From Chrysomallon squamiferum (taxonomy: Eukaryota > Animalia > Mollusca), in the NCBI GenBank assembly GCA_012295275.1, contig CM022668.1, positions 3,038,001-3,102,000 on the forward strand: 64,000 bases of DNA. The letters are read 5' to 3'. The position numbers and the translations under genes are program-made. The first letter of the stretch is position 1. Every line of letters begins with the position of its first letter. Shown here piece after piece: positions 47,791-62,779 of the stretch. The notes under the pieces were generated by a model. It ran no database searches. It was not told where the DNA came from and was given only the letters and a program-made list of their open reading frames with translations.

Positions 47791-48622
47791 ACAGGCAAAT
47801 ACACACAAGCCTTTATGCATGAATATATAGAGAACAAATTCAGCAAAAATATTTGTCATTTTATTATTATTATTATGAGAATAGATGTTACAAGGAACAT
47901 AATTCTGAAAGAACAAACTAAATAGTTGTTGAACATTTGCCTCCCTTTTAATAATCCGCATTATTCTAATACATTGTACTGAATGAAATTTTTATCTCCA
48001 AACTATGGCGGAGACTGGGGGATGGGGTGGGGTGGGGTGGGTGCATGGGGTCAATAATACATTGTATAGCTGAAAAATGAAATATTGTTGTGACGGCTGC
48101 CAGATATTTTAAAACTGCACTCCGTCATTGTTATACTTGTTATACATTAAAATATTCAGGATAAACAGTAATAAATGCATTAATAAGTACGTAAGAAAAC
48201 AACAAATAAAGAAACAAATAAATAAATAAATGAACAAATACATAGATAAATAAATAAATATTTAAATAAATAAATAAATAAATATATCAATAAATTAATT
48301 AATTAATAATTATGACTTCATGTTCCAGTCCACGTCTTATTGCTTCGTAGAACTCACAGAACTTTTTTTTTTGTCCCGTTTATGGAAATTTAATCATTCA
48401 AAAACACACGCACACATACATACATACACAAAACACGTATCTCATTGCTGTTTGTGGCACAGTTTTTATTGTCAGTGAAATATTTTTAAATCCCTTCAAG
48501 CCAATATTTAAAAAATCCTTTTAACCTTAGAAACCGAAGCAGACCACATATAAGTGAGTGATGTATAATACTGCTACTATTACTACTACTACTACTACTA
48601 CTAATAATAATAATAATAATAA

Positions 48623-48653
<31 letters not shown>

Positions 48654-48691
48654 AAGAAGAAGAAGAAGAAGAAGAAGAAGAAGAAGAAGAA

Positions 48692-48735
<44 letters not shown>

Positions 48736-48867
48736 GTAATAATAATGATAATAATAATAATAATAATAATGATAACAACAACAACAACAACAATAACAAT
48801 AGCAATGATAATAAAAGTACTGATGATGATAATGATGATGGCGGTAGTAATAACAACATGAACAACA

Positions 48868-48909
<42 letters not shown>

Positions 48910-49188
48910 CCAACAACAACAATAATAATAACCACCATGATGATGATGATGATTAATATAATGGTATAATAATATAATATAATAATAACAACAACAACAG
49001 CACACATATTGATAAATATCTATTATTTTACATAATCATGTAAAACAGTTACGTCAGTAAAGACGTATATATATATATATATATATAAATAATTCCGCAC
49101 ACACATACACATACGCACATACATATATACACACACAGAGAGACATAAATAAAAACATATACATACATATGTGTTAGGTTGGCACAGA

Positions 49189-49698
49189 CAGGTAAACAGG
49201 CAGGTTTGTAGTCAGGTAAACAGCCAGGTTTGGACTCAGGTAAACAGCCAGGTTTGTAGTCAGGTAAACAGGCAGGTTTGTAGTCAGGTAAACAGCCAGG
49301 TTTGGACTCAGGTAAACAGGCAGGTTTGGACTCAGGTAAACAGCCAGGTTTGTAGTCAGGTAAACAGCCAGGTTTGGACTCAGGTAAACAGGCAGGTTTG
49401 GACTCAGGTAAACAGGCAGGTTTGTAGTCAGGTAAACAGCCAGGTTTGGACTCAGGTAAACAGCCAGGTTTGGACTCAGGTAAACAGGCAGGTTTGGACT
49501 CAGGTAAACAGCCAGGTTTGTAGTCAGGTAAACAGCCAGGTTTATAGTCAGGTAAACAGCCAGGTTTGGAGTCAGGAAAACAGGCAGGTTTGGACTCAGG
49601 TAAACAGCCAGGTTTGGACTCAGGTAAACAGCCAGGTTTGGACTCAGGTAAACAGCCAGGTTTGGACTCAGGTAAACAGCCAGGTTTGGAGTCAGGTA
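49189..49698. repeat. 24-bp minisatellite, 21 units
   Basis: Same unit and flanks as 27131-27592, two more units. Confidence 0.95.
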
Positions 49699-50187
49699 CA
49701 ACAAAGTTTGTAGACTGATAGGTTATGGAGCAGGCAACATATAAATAGTTAGACAGAACGACAAGTTATAGAGACAGATAGAGCAACATACAGCTAGATA
49801 TACTCACAGATAGAGACATAGACAGAGTGACTGACACAAAGATAGATAGATAGAAATATAGAGTAACAGACAGCTAGACATACAGATTGACAGACGTATA
49901 TATAAATTATAGATAGATAGATAGAGAGATAGACAAAAAGACAGCTAGATATACAGATAGACATACAGACGGGCATACAGATAGATAGATAGACATAGAT
50001 AGACCCACAAACCGACAGATAGTCACGTAGGCACATAGGCAGACAGAGAGACAGAGAGACAGATAATCAAGTAGGTAGGATTATAGGTATATATATATGT
50101 GTGTGTGTGTGTGTGTGCATGTGTGTGTGTCTGTGTAGTTTTTGTGTGTGTGTGTCTGTCTGTGTAGTTTCAAAATAATTAACACAA

Positions 50188-52074
50188 TCACCAGCGACCC
50201 TTGTCTTTCAACTGTTTCATGTAATTTAGATAAATCTGAGCTTTCAGCAAGTTTACACCCATTCCAAAGTGACTTCCGTCTATACTCATAACTCCATCCG
50301 TGACGTTGAAAGTGTCAAACACTGGTATATCATACACACGTAAGTAGGCAGCCATTTTGTCGTTGTACTCTTTACCGTGATAATTGTTAACGGTTTTCAC
50401 ATACGGGTATCTCCAGATACCGAGACTGTGCGTTGATGACCATAAAACTTTTGGCCATTCGCTGTAGTTGCCTCGCAGACCTTCTAGAATGACGTTCACG
50501 TATTTGCTGACGACAGTGTCGTAAACGTAGTGGTCCCATATACCAACGCCAACAAACATCATCGACTTTTTCTTCCACTTGAGTTGACGAGTTGCGTTAA
50601 ACAGGAAGAAGCCATATTCTGATGATGCGTAGTATTTAAACTGAAGGGTGACGTGGCCGTTGCAGAGTTTTGGTTCAAAGTCGATGTGTTTGCGGCAGGT
50701 TTTGTGTGGGAAAATATACATTCCACTACACTGTTCTAATATTTCTGAAAAAAAGAAAGATTTTATACAACAAAAAAATGAAATATAATGAATATTTACA
50801 CAGAGAGTAATTGCCTCAGTTCGCTTTTGTCTAACAGATTCGTGAATTATTTTCATTACACCGTGTGATAAAAACAAGTCTAGTGATCTAGTTAAATTAA
50901 AACATTCAGTATCGTCTTTTATAGTATTATATTATATTATCTTGTTATCCCTTCATTATGATATAATTTGTAAATAAAAATAACCCTAAAATAAAAAGGC
51001 ACCTGTACGTATACTAAATCAAGAAAGACGTAAAGAGCAAGATATGTGGCCACTTCCAGATCTCCAAAAAGAAAAGGACATTGTTTTTAAGATTTGTTTT
51101 TTAATATCGTGACACTTTTTTTAACCTCAAAGTAATATCTGTAATGATGAGTTGAAATATAAAAAGTAATAAAAAAAAAAAAACTTTATTATTAATATTA
51201 TTATTCTTTTCAATATACTGTATATGTTATATACATGACACATGTATTTCATACGTGGAAATAAAGAACTTAAAGAAATTAATATTCATTTTTTATTTCT
51301 CCTATAAAACAACGCATAAAACCAAATTGATTATACTGTGATTTCATTATTTAGTGATATCACTTTTATCACAGTATTCCTCCACCAGCATGAAAGCACC
51401 TACTTTTGGTTGTATTTGGTTTGAAAGCACCAGTGTTGTAGTTGCCAGTCAAAATCAACAACAGCGCCGTGTACAACTGCCGCATTAAGGAGTCGCCGAT
51501 GACGTAGATGGTCCACCCTTCTAACACACTGCAGCCAGACTGAGAGTCGAAGAACTTCACAGAACATCTCTTGTCACTTGGAACCCAGGTGGCATACTCG
51601 GCATGAATGCGCGACCTGAGGTTAAAGTTCGAAGGTCCTCTGCACTTTTCCACGGTTTTGTTCACACATTTGTTATTAAAACAACATGGCGTCCGTCCTC
51701 CTGGATTGCAGAGGACACGAAACCATTTCCTGTAACTAGTTCCGGTGTAAGTGACATTTCCACATTTCAAGTCAGGTCTTTGATAGTCTGTGGCACTCGG
51801 CAAATGATCTCTGCTGTTTATGTAAAATGCGTTAATTTCACGTTGCTCTTGTGACGTCAGATTTCGCGTTCTCCACGTGCCTGACGTCATACAATTTGAG
51901 GACATCTGGAACAACTTGACGTCTGAGATTCGTGGAATTGTAAGAAGAAAAATATAAATAAGGCTTCGGTGAATGATACACGTAGACGAAACAGACGAAG
52001 TACGTGACACAAAACAGACAAACAAAGAAGAGGAATTTCTTCGTTTTGTTTTTGATACTTCGTGACATTGTCAT
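50188..52074 (-). pseudogene. Paralog, subtype B (copy B3) with a +1 frameshift near codon 61 (real pseudogene or consensus error); exons 52074-51404 and 50744-50188
   Basis: Reads CTCAAATTGTATG at ~51888-51900 where B1 has CTCAAGTGTATG. Exon 1 is 671 nt instead of 670 and is split between ORFs 51838-52074 and 51369-52025. The rest is intact and near-identical to B1/B2. Confidence 0.75.
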
Positions 52075-52184
52075 CGTTTTGTGAACAAACGTGTGAGATT
52101 CTGAAAAAACTAAAACAGATTACATAGGAATAATGGAGATTATTATTTGAACACACACACTCACACACACAGACACACAAACAC

Positions 52185-52264
<80 letters not shown>

Positions 52265-53275
52265 AATACAGAAATACAGACAGACATACAGACAGACAGC
52301 GGAGAGCTAAATGTACACGACGGCAAGAGTTCTGTTGTCCCATGTTACCCCACGACAGGAGCTCCCAGACTTCCTTTATAAATAAATAATTAAATAAATA
52401 AATAAATACATTTTTAAATTAATCATGTGAGGACATCAGAAAACAGAAATCCGGGGGAGGAGACTATTTCAGGGCGACGCCTCCCCCTCCCTCTGACTAA
52501 CTAGACAAACCGGTAACATACTGAGAATGTTTTCCAGTGTAAATTATGATTAGAATTGGATCAATAAGACGATGATGGTTATGGTGGAAACAATGAAAAT
52601 GTTTCCAATTTGCCTATTAAGTGAGTTTGTTTTTCTTTGTTTCTGCTGTTAGATAGTGTCCATACAATAATTAATGTTTTATTCAACAAGAAACAAAAGA
52701 AAGAAAAAAACATAAACGTAACAATTAATTTAAATAAATAAATGCAGTTGAACATTTGATGTTGTATCTGATCAGCGTGAATTTATGTCTCTGTGGTTTG
52801 AGAATATCAAAGTTTTTCTTACAAAGAGTAAAATTGAGAAAAGTAAAACTAGACATGTTCTTCGAAACAGAACATGTTTTGTTTTTTTTGTCTTTTCTTG
52901 TGTTTTTTTTTTAATTTTTATCCCCCGAAGAAATGCTGTAAACAAATACAAACGTATATACACACATATTAAAGGTTTATAACTTTTCGCTCAAAGCAAC
53001 TTTGACTGTTGTAATGGAACTAGTCACACGTGATATAAAAAAAAAAAAAGGCAGCCACGTGTAGCATCAAGTCGTAATTCTTACTGATGTCGTCGTTGTT
53101 GTTGATGGTGGTTATACTGAATTTATTCTTGCTCTAATTGCTATTCTTATTACCTTTTTTAAAAAATATTATTGAGCATACAGGTAATCTAGAATATATA
53201 ATGAGTATGAACAAAATGCATGTACTATGTCTCTCACAAATGATTTCACTTTTGCGCTTTTTCTTCTTTCTTTTT

Positions 53276-53349
<74 letters not shown>

Positions 53350-53593
53350 ACGAATACTTCATTAGCCGCGTGTACTATTAACTTTCATTGCCAAAGGAAA
53401 AATAAATCCTACAACATCATTAGTCTAATTTTTTTATCATGAGGTGGCTAACGTAGAATAATTTACTTCTTATCAGTCAATTTCGCACACAGTCGTATTC
53501 AGTATCTCCTCTTTCACCAGTCACTATACATGTTTTATCTTTGCGATCTTCGGAAAACTTATCAGCAATACAAGACCACTACGTGACGTAACG

Positions 53594-53693
53594 GTTTTGC
53601 TCTCAGTGTTTATAGTTTTGCTGTCAGTGTTTATAGTTTTGATGTCAGTGTTTATAGTTTTGCTGTCAGTGTTTATAGTTTTGCTGTCAGTGT
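53594..53693. repeat. 21-bp tandem repeat (~4.8 units) upstream of B3
   Basis: Same unit order as 15109-15208, including the variant CATC and GAG units. Confidence 0.92.
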
Positions 53694-54330
53694 ACGTTTG
53701 ATGTAGGATAACACACAACAATAAAAAACTGACGTCTTTTAACTTTCATTAAATCAGAAACGCTGCCAAAAGTACTTAAACGAAAAATAATAATAATAAC
53801 AACAGTGTTATTATAATTATTACCATTACTATCATCATTATTGTTATAATCGTTATTAATTTTATTGTTGTTGTTGTCGTTATTAATATAATTATTATAT
53901 TATCATTACTACTACTGCTACAGCTACTGCTGTTAAGTAGTATTATTATTATAAATTATTATTATTATTATCATCATCATCATAGTTACAGTTGTTATCA
54001 TATCATTATTATAACTTTTATCATTATTGTTATTACTATTATTATTATTATTGCTGTTGTTATTATTGTTTTATTATTTTATTATTATTATTATTGTTGT
54101 TGTTGTTGTTGTTGTTGCTGCTGCTACTATTATTGTGGTTGTTATTATTATTTTTGTTATTACTATTATTATTATTGTTGTTGTTATTTGTTATTGTTGT
54201 TATTATTATTTTATTATTATTATTATTATTATCGTTGTTGTTGTTGTTGTTGTCATTGAATTTAAGTGTGTGTTTATAAATCATTATTATGAATTATTTT
54301 CAAACTTTTAAATTATTTTATTATTGTTTA

Positions 54331-54530
54331 NNNNNNNNNNNNNNNNNNNNNNNNNNNNNNNNNNNNNNNNNNNNNNNNNNNNNNNNNNNNNNNNNNNNNN
54401 NNNNNNNNNNNNNNNNNNNNNNNNNNNNNNNNNNNNNNNNNNNNNNNNNNNNNNNNNNNNNNNNNNNNNNNNNNNNNNNNNNNNNNNNNNNNNNNNNNNN
54501 NNNNNNNNNNNNNNNNNNNNNNNNNNNNNN
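54331..54530. other. Assembly gap, 200 N
   Basis: Run of exactly 200 N. Confidence 0.99.
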
Positions 54531-54889
54531 ATCATCAATACACTATATATATACCTATAATCCTACTCTACTTGATTTCATCTTGTCTCTCTGTCTGCCT
54601 ATGTGCCTACATGCGACTATCTGTCGGTTTGTGGGTCTATCTATGTCTATCTATCTATCTGTATGCCCGTCTGTATGTCTATCTGTATATCTAGCTGTGT
54701 TTTGTCTATCTCTATCTATCTATCTATAATTTATATATACGTCTGCTGCAATTGTATGTCTAGCTGTCTGTTACTCTATATTTCTATCTATCTATCTTTG
54801 TGTCTGTCAATCTCTCTATGTATCTATCTGTATGCTTATCTGTATCTATAACTAACCATTTGCCATGTTGCCTGCTATCTATCTGTCTA

Positions 54890-55200
54890 CAAACTCTGTC
54901 CTGACTCCAAACCTGTATTACTAGTCCAAACTGGGCTGTTTACCTGGAGTCCAAACCTGGCTGTATGTTGCTCTATCTGTCTCTATAAACCTGTTTTACC
55001 TCCGTCGTTCTGTCTAACTATTTATATGTTTGCAAACCTGGCTCCTGAGTCCAAACCTGGCTAACCCATCAAACCTGTGTTTACTAGTCAAACTTGTTTA
55101 CCTGAGTCCAAACCTGGCTGTTTACCTGACTCCAAACCTGCCTGTTTACCTGTCTGTGCCAGTCCAAACCCTGTTTAATTGACTACAAACCTGTATGTCT
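54890..55200. repeat. Scrambled copy of the 24-bp minisatellite near a contig start
   Basis: Fragments of CCAAACCTGGCTGTTTACCTGA interleaved with pieces of the normal flank. Confidence 0.7.
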
Positions 55201-55479
55201 GTGCCAACCTTTATGTATGTATATGTTTTTATTTATGTCTCTCTGTGTGTGTATATATGTATGTGCGTATGTGTATGTGTGTGCGGAATTATTTATATAT
55301 ACATATATATATATATATATATACGTCTTTACTGACGTAACTGTTTTACATGATTATGTAAAATAATAGATATTTATCAATATGTGTGCTGTTGTTGTTG
55401 TTATTATTATATTATATTATTATACCATTATATTAATCATCATCATCATCATGGTGGTTATTATTATTGTTGTTGTTGG

Positions 55480-55515
<36 letters not shown>

Positions 55516-55650
55516 TGTTGTTCATGTTGTTATTACTACCACCATCATCATTATCATCATCAGTACTTTTATTATCATTGCTATTGTTATTGTTGTTGTT
55601 GTTGTTGTTATCATTATTATTATTATTATTATTATTATCATTATTATTAC

Positions 55651-55682
<32 letters not shown>

Positions 55683-55690
55683 TTCTTCTT

Positions 55691-55721
<31 letters not shown>

Positions 55722-56654
55722 TTATTATTATTATTAGTAGTAGTAGTAGTAATAGTAGCAGTAGTATACATCACTCACTTATATGTGGTCTGCTTCGGTT
55801 TCTAAGGTTAAAAGGATTTTTTTAAATACTGGCTTGAAGGGATTTAAAAACATTTCACTGACAATAAAAACTGTGCCGCAAACAGCAGTGAGATACGTGT
55901 TTTGTGTATGTATGTATGTGTGCGTGTGTTTCGGTATGTGTACGAGTGATTGTGTGTGTGTGTGTGTGTGTTTTTGAATGATTAAATTTCCATAAACGGG
56001 ACCAAAAAAAAAAGTTCTGTGAGTTCTACGAAGCAATAAGACATGGACTGGAACATGAAGTCATAATTATTAATTAATTAATTTATTGATATATTTATTT
56101 ATTTATTTAAATATTTATTTATTTATCTATGTATTTGTTCATTTATTTATTTATTTGTTTCTTTGTTTCTTTGTTTCTTTCTTTCTTTATTTATTTATTT
56201 ATTTAGGTATGAATGTATGTATTTATTTGTTTCTTTATTTGTTGTTTTCTTATGTACTTATTAATGCATTTATTACTGTTTATCCTGAATATTTTAATGT
56301 ATAACAAGTATAACAATGACGGAGTGCAGTTTTAAAATATCTGGCAGCCGTCACAACAATATTTCATTTTTCAGCTATACAATGTATTATTGACCCCAAG
56401 CATCCACCCCCACCCCACCCCATCCCCCAGTCTCCGCCATAGTTTGGAGATAAAAATTTCATTCAGTACAATGTATTAGAATAATGCGGATTATTAAAAG
56501 GGAGGCAAATGTTCAACAACTATTTAGTTTGTTCTTTCAGAATTATGTTCCTTGTAACATCTATTCTCATAATAATAATAATAAAATGACAAATATTTTT
56601 GCTGAATTTGTTCTCTATATATTCATGCATAAAGGCTTGTGTGTATTTGCCTGT

Positions 56655-56695
<41 letters not shown>

Positions 56696-57170
56696 GTGCG
56701 TTAAGGAATATTCGTGTATATGTGTATATATGAAGAGATGTATGTATGTGACTAGGTATATATGCATGTTTTTCTGTCTGTTTCTATGTTTGTTTGCTTG
56801 CATTCGTGTTTTCTATTTCAAACATTGTTTCCATGGAACAGAAACGATAAAAGAAAGTTCCATTTGACAGAAATCTGTGTGTGTGTGATGTGCGGTATAT
56901 CTTATTGACATTAATGACGAAATGAAATCTGTGTAAAATTTTTTTTAAAGGTTTCAGTGTCTTACAACAATTTATTAAATGAATGGAAAATATCTGTTCA
57001 TTCGCATAATTCTTTCATAATACTGTCTAAACGGTAAACACAAATATATTTGCTTACTTGTTTCCTTGCTTATTTTGATATTTATTTATTTACGTATTTA
57101 ATATTATATTTGTTTTTAAAAATGATATATATAAAATGTTTTAAATATCGTTCCATATTTATTTATTTAC

Positions 57171-57213
<43 letters not shown>

Positions 57214-57353
57214 TGAAAAAACAACTTTATTGATATATAACTTATATGATTATTCATTTTGTATTCATTAGCTTCAACAAAGTGAAACAGTGTTTTAAGA
57301 AGTAAATATATAATATTAATGAAATATATAATAAATAAAACAAACAAAAGAAT

Positions 57354-57387
<34 letters not shown>

Positions 57388-59651
57388 TTATTTTTTTAAA
57401 AATCAATACACTATTTATTTATTTATTTTGTGTTGTTATTATTATTGTTATTAATATTATTATTATTATGTTAATAAATATGTAGCAAAAATAAACTTAA
57501 CAAATCTGGTAACAGACTACGTAACTATTAACAGTAAGAAGGAATAGGTAGAAGTTTGTCATTGCATCTCTCTCTTTCTACTTGTCCAGTACGATAAAAA
57601 GAAAATTAAATACATAAGAATGAAATAATAAATAAAATATCTTCTAAAAATAAATTAAAAAATATATTTATTCATTTCTATAAATATACTGTGATATCGT
57701 TTGAATTGTATTCATTAACGCTACCCGTAAAAATGTCACTATTACCCGACTGCTTCGTTTTCGTGAAGGTAAAGGCGGTGGCCTGCATGTACTTGGCACA
57801 AAATAGGCCAGTCAAACACTAGCCTGTTTACTGATGCATGAGTTATAAAGATAAAAAGCCAAACAAAGCCAAAAAAAAAAAAAAATAAAAAAAAAAAAAA
57901 AAAAAAAAGAAGAAACTATGAATTAAAACAGTCACGATTTTTCCATTTTGATATAAAACTTGATATAGATTAAACCGGGAAAAGAACCCCATGTACAAGC
58001 ACCTGTTCAGTATAAGAGAAAGATCAATTTGCTACCCAAAACAGTAAATTGGTAGAGCATAATACGAGCATATGAACAAAAAACAAAAACACACAGGTAC
58101 TACTCTATTAAAGAAAGCCTAATATGAAATTCTACCCAGGACAGTAATCACATAACATTCTACTTCAGGGTTCTTGTCTTGTTAACAAAAAAGGTGTCTC
58201 GTAACTGTAGCTCAGAACTTACAAACAATTAGACATGTCTACGTCCCGGTACTAAACAAAAGAGATTTGTCGTCTTCCCTGGCCGACACCAATTGTCCAT
58301 GCTCTAATTACACAAACACGTGTTTATAATTAGCTGATGATTATTTACATGTGAAATATAAAGCTGTATACACTTGCACGACGTAAAGGAAACAAACTGC
58401 TACTGTTAGGAAGCGTGGACGCTTGTGTTTGTTTTGTTTGATCTTTTATATTTCGTTTCCTTTTCCAGTCAAAGAATAACAAACGCGCTGTTAGAGCACG
58501 GAACGAAAACTAAAGATTCACATCTGTGTTTTTTTTAATCTCTCTCTCTCGGAATAGAAAAAAATGTATAACGTTAAGTTTTCAAGATTAATATTTATCT
58601 GTCATTTTCAGTTTTAAAACTTATTTTGTGTCTGGCAATCTTTTAAAAATGTTATTTTTTAAAATAATAATAGATAAAAATAAAATAAAAAATACACTAC
58701 TTAATAAAGCCTATTAATAACACACTCAGGTGAAAATTATAAACTGAATGACCCCCTCCACATTTTTTTTATAAAAGATATAAAAAATATAAAAAGTGAA
58801 AAATAATTAATAATAAAAAAATAAAAACATAAATAATGAACATTGTTACAACGTTTATTAAAATATATAAATAAAAATCATTTTGTAACAGCAAATGACC
58901 AGCTATAAATAAAATTACAGGTGAGAAAACCATCATCATCAACGGCAACACCAACATATACAATCCTCAACTGTATATTTTATAGCAGTGAGGACTTTGT
59001 GTACTCAATAATGGCGCATAAAACAGTTTGAGAAATAAGTCGATCAAATACATGTCATCTATTTCCAACATTTGTCTCGTGTGCTATTCTCTGGGGAATG
59101 CACCCTAAAGAACAAGATACTGGTTGACCTTGAGAAAACAACAGTAAGGACTGGTTTTTCAGCGTAGACTGACTTTTTCATCTACACTTTTTAGTCTTTT
59201 ACTATGCTATTCATAATCGGTTACAACACTTAAATGCACATTTCATTGTTCTATGTCTAACTGCTTTTATTTCTTTATACCGCAATAATTTTTGAAGTTT
59301 CTGAAATGTTTCTTACGTGTTAAATATCTGACCGTTTTTGTAGATCGGGCTATAAATTGTCTGTTTCTGGTAACAGGCGAGCTTTTACTCAATGTTTATT
59401 TATGTTTATTGCTTGTACTTAATACACCAGATGTTTCCTATATCACCTTACTTACCTGATTGCAAGTTGTCTGTTTCTATTAACTCTATATATGTGTGTA
59501 TATACATACATCCGTACATACATACACATATACAGACACACGCACATACACACAGATACACACATATACATACATACAGTTACATATATATACATACACA
59601 TACATATATATATGTATATACATGTGAAGTGTGTATATATATATATATATA

Positions 59652-60920
59652 CCCTACCAAAAAAAGAAACGCAAAATGGTTGATTTCTTAGATAACTATT
59701 GTAAACTGACACATATCGATAAAGGCTATGATCGTGTTTATCAGCCAAAACGTACCCGCACGCAAACCACGTTACCAGTGCATGTGCACGTGCAGCACAT
59801 GAAACTTGAATACGAGGGTTATAAAAATGCAAGGTTTTCGAAAACTTCTGTTCGTTATTTTTGTTCTGACCCAACATCAAACTAATGCCACACATGAGTG
59901 AACCGCAACGAAACAACACCAAACAACACGTGACCGTCCCAGATCTGGTAGACCACGTGTAACCACCAGGGCCCAGGACCGCTACATACGGGTACTTCAT
60001 CTACGGGAATCAACCACCACGGCTACCTCTACTGCTTCAGCAATACCAGGTATGCGTAGAATATCGGCTCAGACAGTGCGCAATCGTTTACGCGAGTCAG
60101 GTATTCGAGCCAGACGGCCTGTAAGAAGAGTTGTTTTGTCTCAACAACATCGTCGACTACGATGTCAGTGGTGTCAACTGCACCTGGTCTGGCCTCAGTT
60201 AAATGGATAACTGTCTGTTTTAGTGACGAGACTCGATTTCTGCTTCGACGAGCTGATGGAAGATGTCGAGTTTACAGACGTCGTGGTGAACGTTTTATTG
60301 GAAACTGCATACAGGAAGCGGACAGATTTGGCGGTGGTAGTGTGATGGTGTGTTCACATCCAAGGAAACTTAACGGTACAGAGATACTGAGATGAAATGT
60401 TGCAGCCGCATGTCGCTCCAATTATGAATAATGGTAACGCTGTATTCCAGCACGACAGTGCGAGACCACATACAACCAGACTCACAACAGCGTACCTACA
60501 CAACAATAACATTCAGGTCCTGCCCTGGCCCTCTAAATCTCCGGATTAGAACCCTATAGAGCATTTATGGGATGAGTTGGATAGACGACTGAGGCAGCAT
60601 CAACCACAGCCACAGAATCGTGCTCAGTTGGCATTATTACTACAGAGTGGGCCACCATTTCACAAGGTGTAATTCGTAATGTCATGACTGCCATGGGAAG
60701 GAGATGTCAGGCAGTTCTGGACTCCCATGGTGGGCACACAAGGTATTGATATTATACTGTTATAACCTTGAACTTTAACCTTTTCAATGTAATACCATCA
60801 ATATTAATGAATTGCGAAAGTGTGTGTAAAATGTGAACATTCTGCTGCTTTCTGTTGATCCATTAGATAGATATTCCCAATGTCAATAAAATCTACTTTT
60901 GCATTTCTTTTTTGTTAGAG
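59652..60920 (+). mobile_element. Degenerate Tc1-family transposon, third copy, with an additional internal deletion in the HTH region
   Basis: TA|CCCTACCAAAAAAAGAAACGCAAAA ... TTTTGCATTTCTTTTTTGTTAGAG|TA. ATG at 59885, ORF fragment 60162-60395 with FSDETRF, ~103 nt missing after codon 10. Confidence 0.9.
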
Positions 60921-61003
60921 TATATATATTTTATTTCTTTAGTATTTATAAACATATATCTATACACGCATATATATGTATATATATACTCAGACACGTC
61001 AAT

Positions 61004-61099
<96 letters not shown>

Positions 61100-62709
61100 A
61101 GCTAACAATAACGTGTTTATTGGCTACACTTTCTGAAATCTAAACAAATATTGTATCAGTCTTTGTGACAGCTGTGACACACAGCTGTTATCGCTGTTCG
61201 TTATTTCGTCTTTATTTATTTTATGACAAGCTGTGAATGTAATGGAGCGTATGCACTAGCTTACAGTATTTCAGTTTGATAGGATATCAGCTAACTTGTT
61301 GTCTTTCAGTTTGATAAGATACCACCAAAGTAACTGTTTTATTTTTATTTTTATTTTTTAACGTTAGGAGATAGCAGGATAATTACTGGATCAAAATGAT
61401 TTTTATATTTTTGAAATCGGATCAGCGGCTCTCATTTTGGGATTTTTTCTGAAGCAAAATAATCGTTAAAAGAGGGTACATAATGTTGGCCTGTGGTTTT
61501 AAGCACTAAATACAACAGTTTAAACTTCAACACTTTTGAATCAACACTAGAGAAACCATTTTTTAAAGAAAAATATCGATTAAGTTCTATAACCATAATG
61601 AAATATAACCTCAACCTCATTGCTTTGGATTACTAAATAGAACTGTCAGGCCAATGGGAACGTGCCATTTCAGTCACGTGACGTAGATAGTTGCTAATCT
61701 TAGACGGGACCTGAAGTAAATTGCAGCTTTATTAATATTCACGTCATCACGTAGATATTTATCATGGAGGAAGAGTTTCAGCTCTCAAACGACAGAGTAA
61801 ATTATTTTCATTTCAATTATAGAGACGTGTTTATAAAATAATATTTATGTATTTCTTACTGTGGTTCTAGAAAACACTAATTTTTAAAATTTATTTATTT
61901 GTTTTTATATATAACTATGCCTTAATATATCTCTGAAATTACACGAGATGTTGCTATACTGTTTGTCCTAACTAAATTTGTTTCATCTCCTTTGATTGTC
62001 TGAAAGTTTGAACCAGCTCTGACATCGTTTATGTTGACAACAGCTTTCAATCAGAATTAAAAAACCCTAAAAAATCTGTAACGTGCAAAATATATAGAAT
62101 TTAAAGTAAATAAATAAATAAATAAATAAAATCCAAGAACATTCCTTGATAAAACCTGATTACATTAGATATAAATTAATGGATTTTTACTTGATCAAAA
62201 ATGAAAAGACAAACAAAACAAATATGTGGGAGCGGCTGTTGACTTCATTTCGCTTCTCTAAAAGAACCGGTGTAAAAGCTTACTTGTTCCCACGAATATC
62301 TGTACCCCAGGAACAAATATTCAGTGAACAATATTTGTATGAAAACACGATCGAGGGGGAACGAATATTCGTGGGGAACAAATATTCTCTGACACCGGCT
62401 TGAATTACCATCAGAGTGACTATTTGACGACAGCTTTGTCTCATCGTTCGTGTGCAGTGGACCGTAGCAGCGGAGTTTCTGCTCCGTTATTGTTTTCATA
62501 CGTGGAAGATTTTTTCCTGTCACATTCAGTTACAGTTTACTGGGAGACATTTAGCCTTGGACGCGACAGAAGCTCAACAAAGACCGATAGTCTGATGTAA
62601 GTGAATAGGTAACATTTCTTTATATAAAATTTCATTATGTTACTGATAATTTATTTTGCTTTATTTTATTTTCTGTTGGAGGAAGGTAATACTAATACTA
62701 ATACTAATT

Positions 62710-62779
<70 letters not shown>

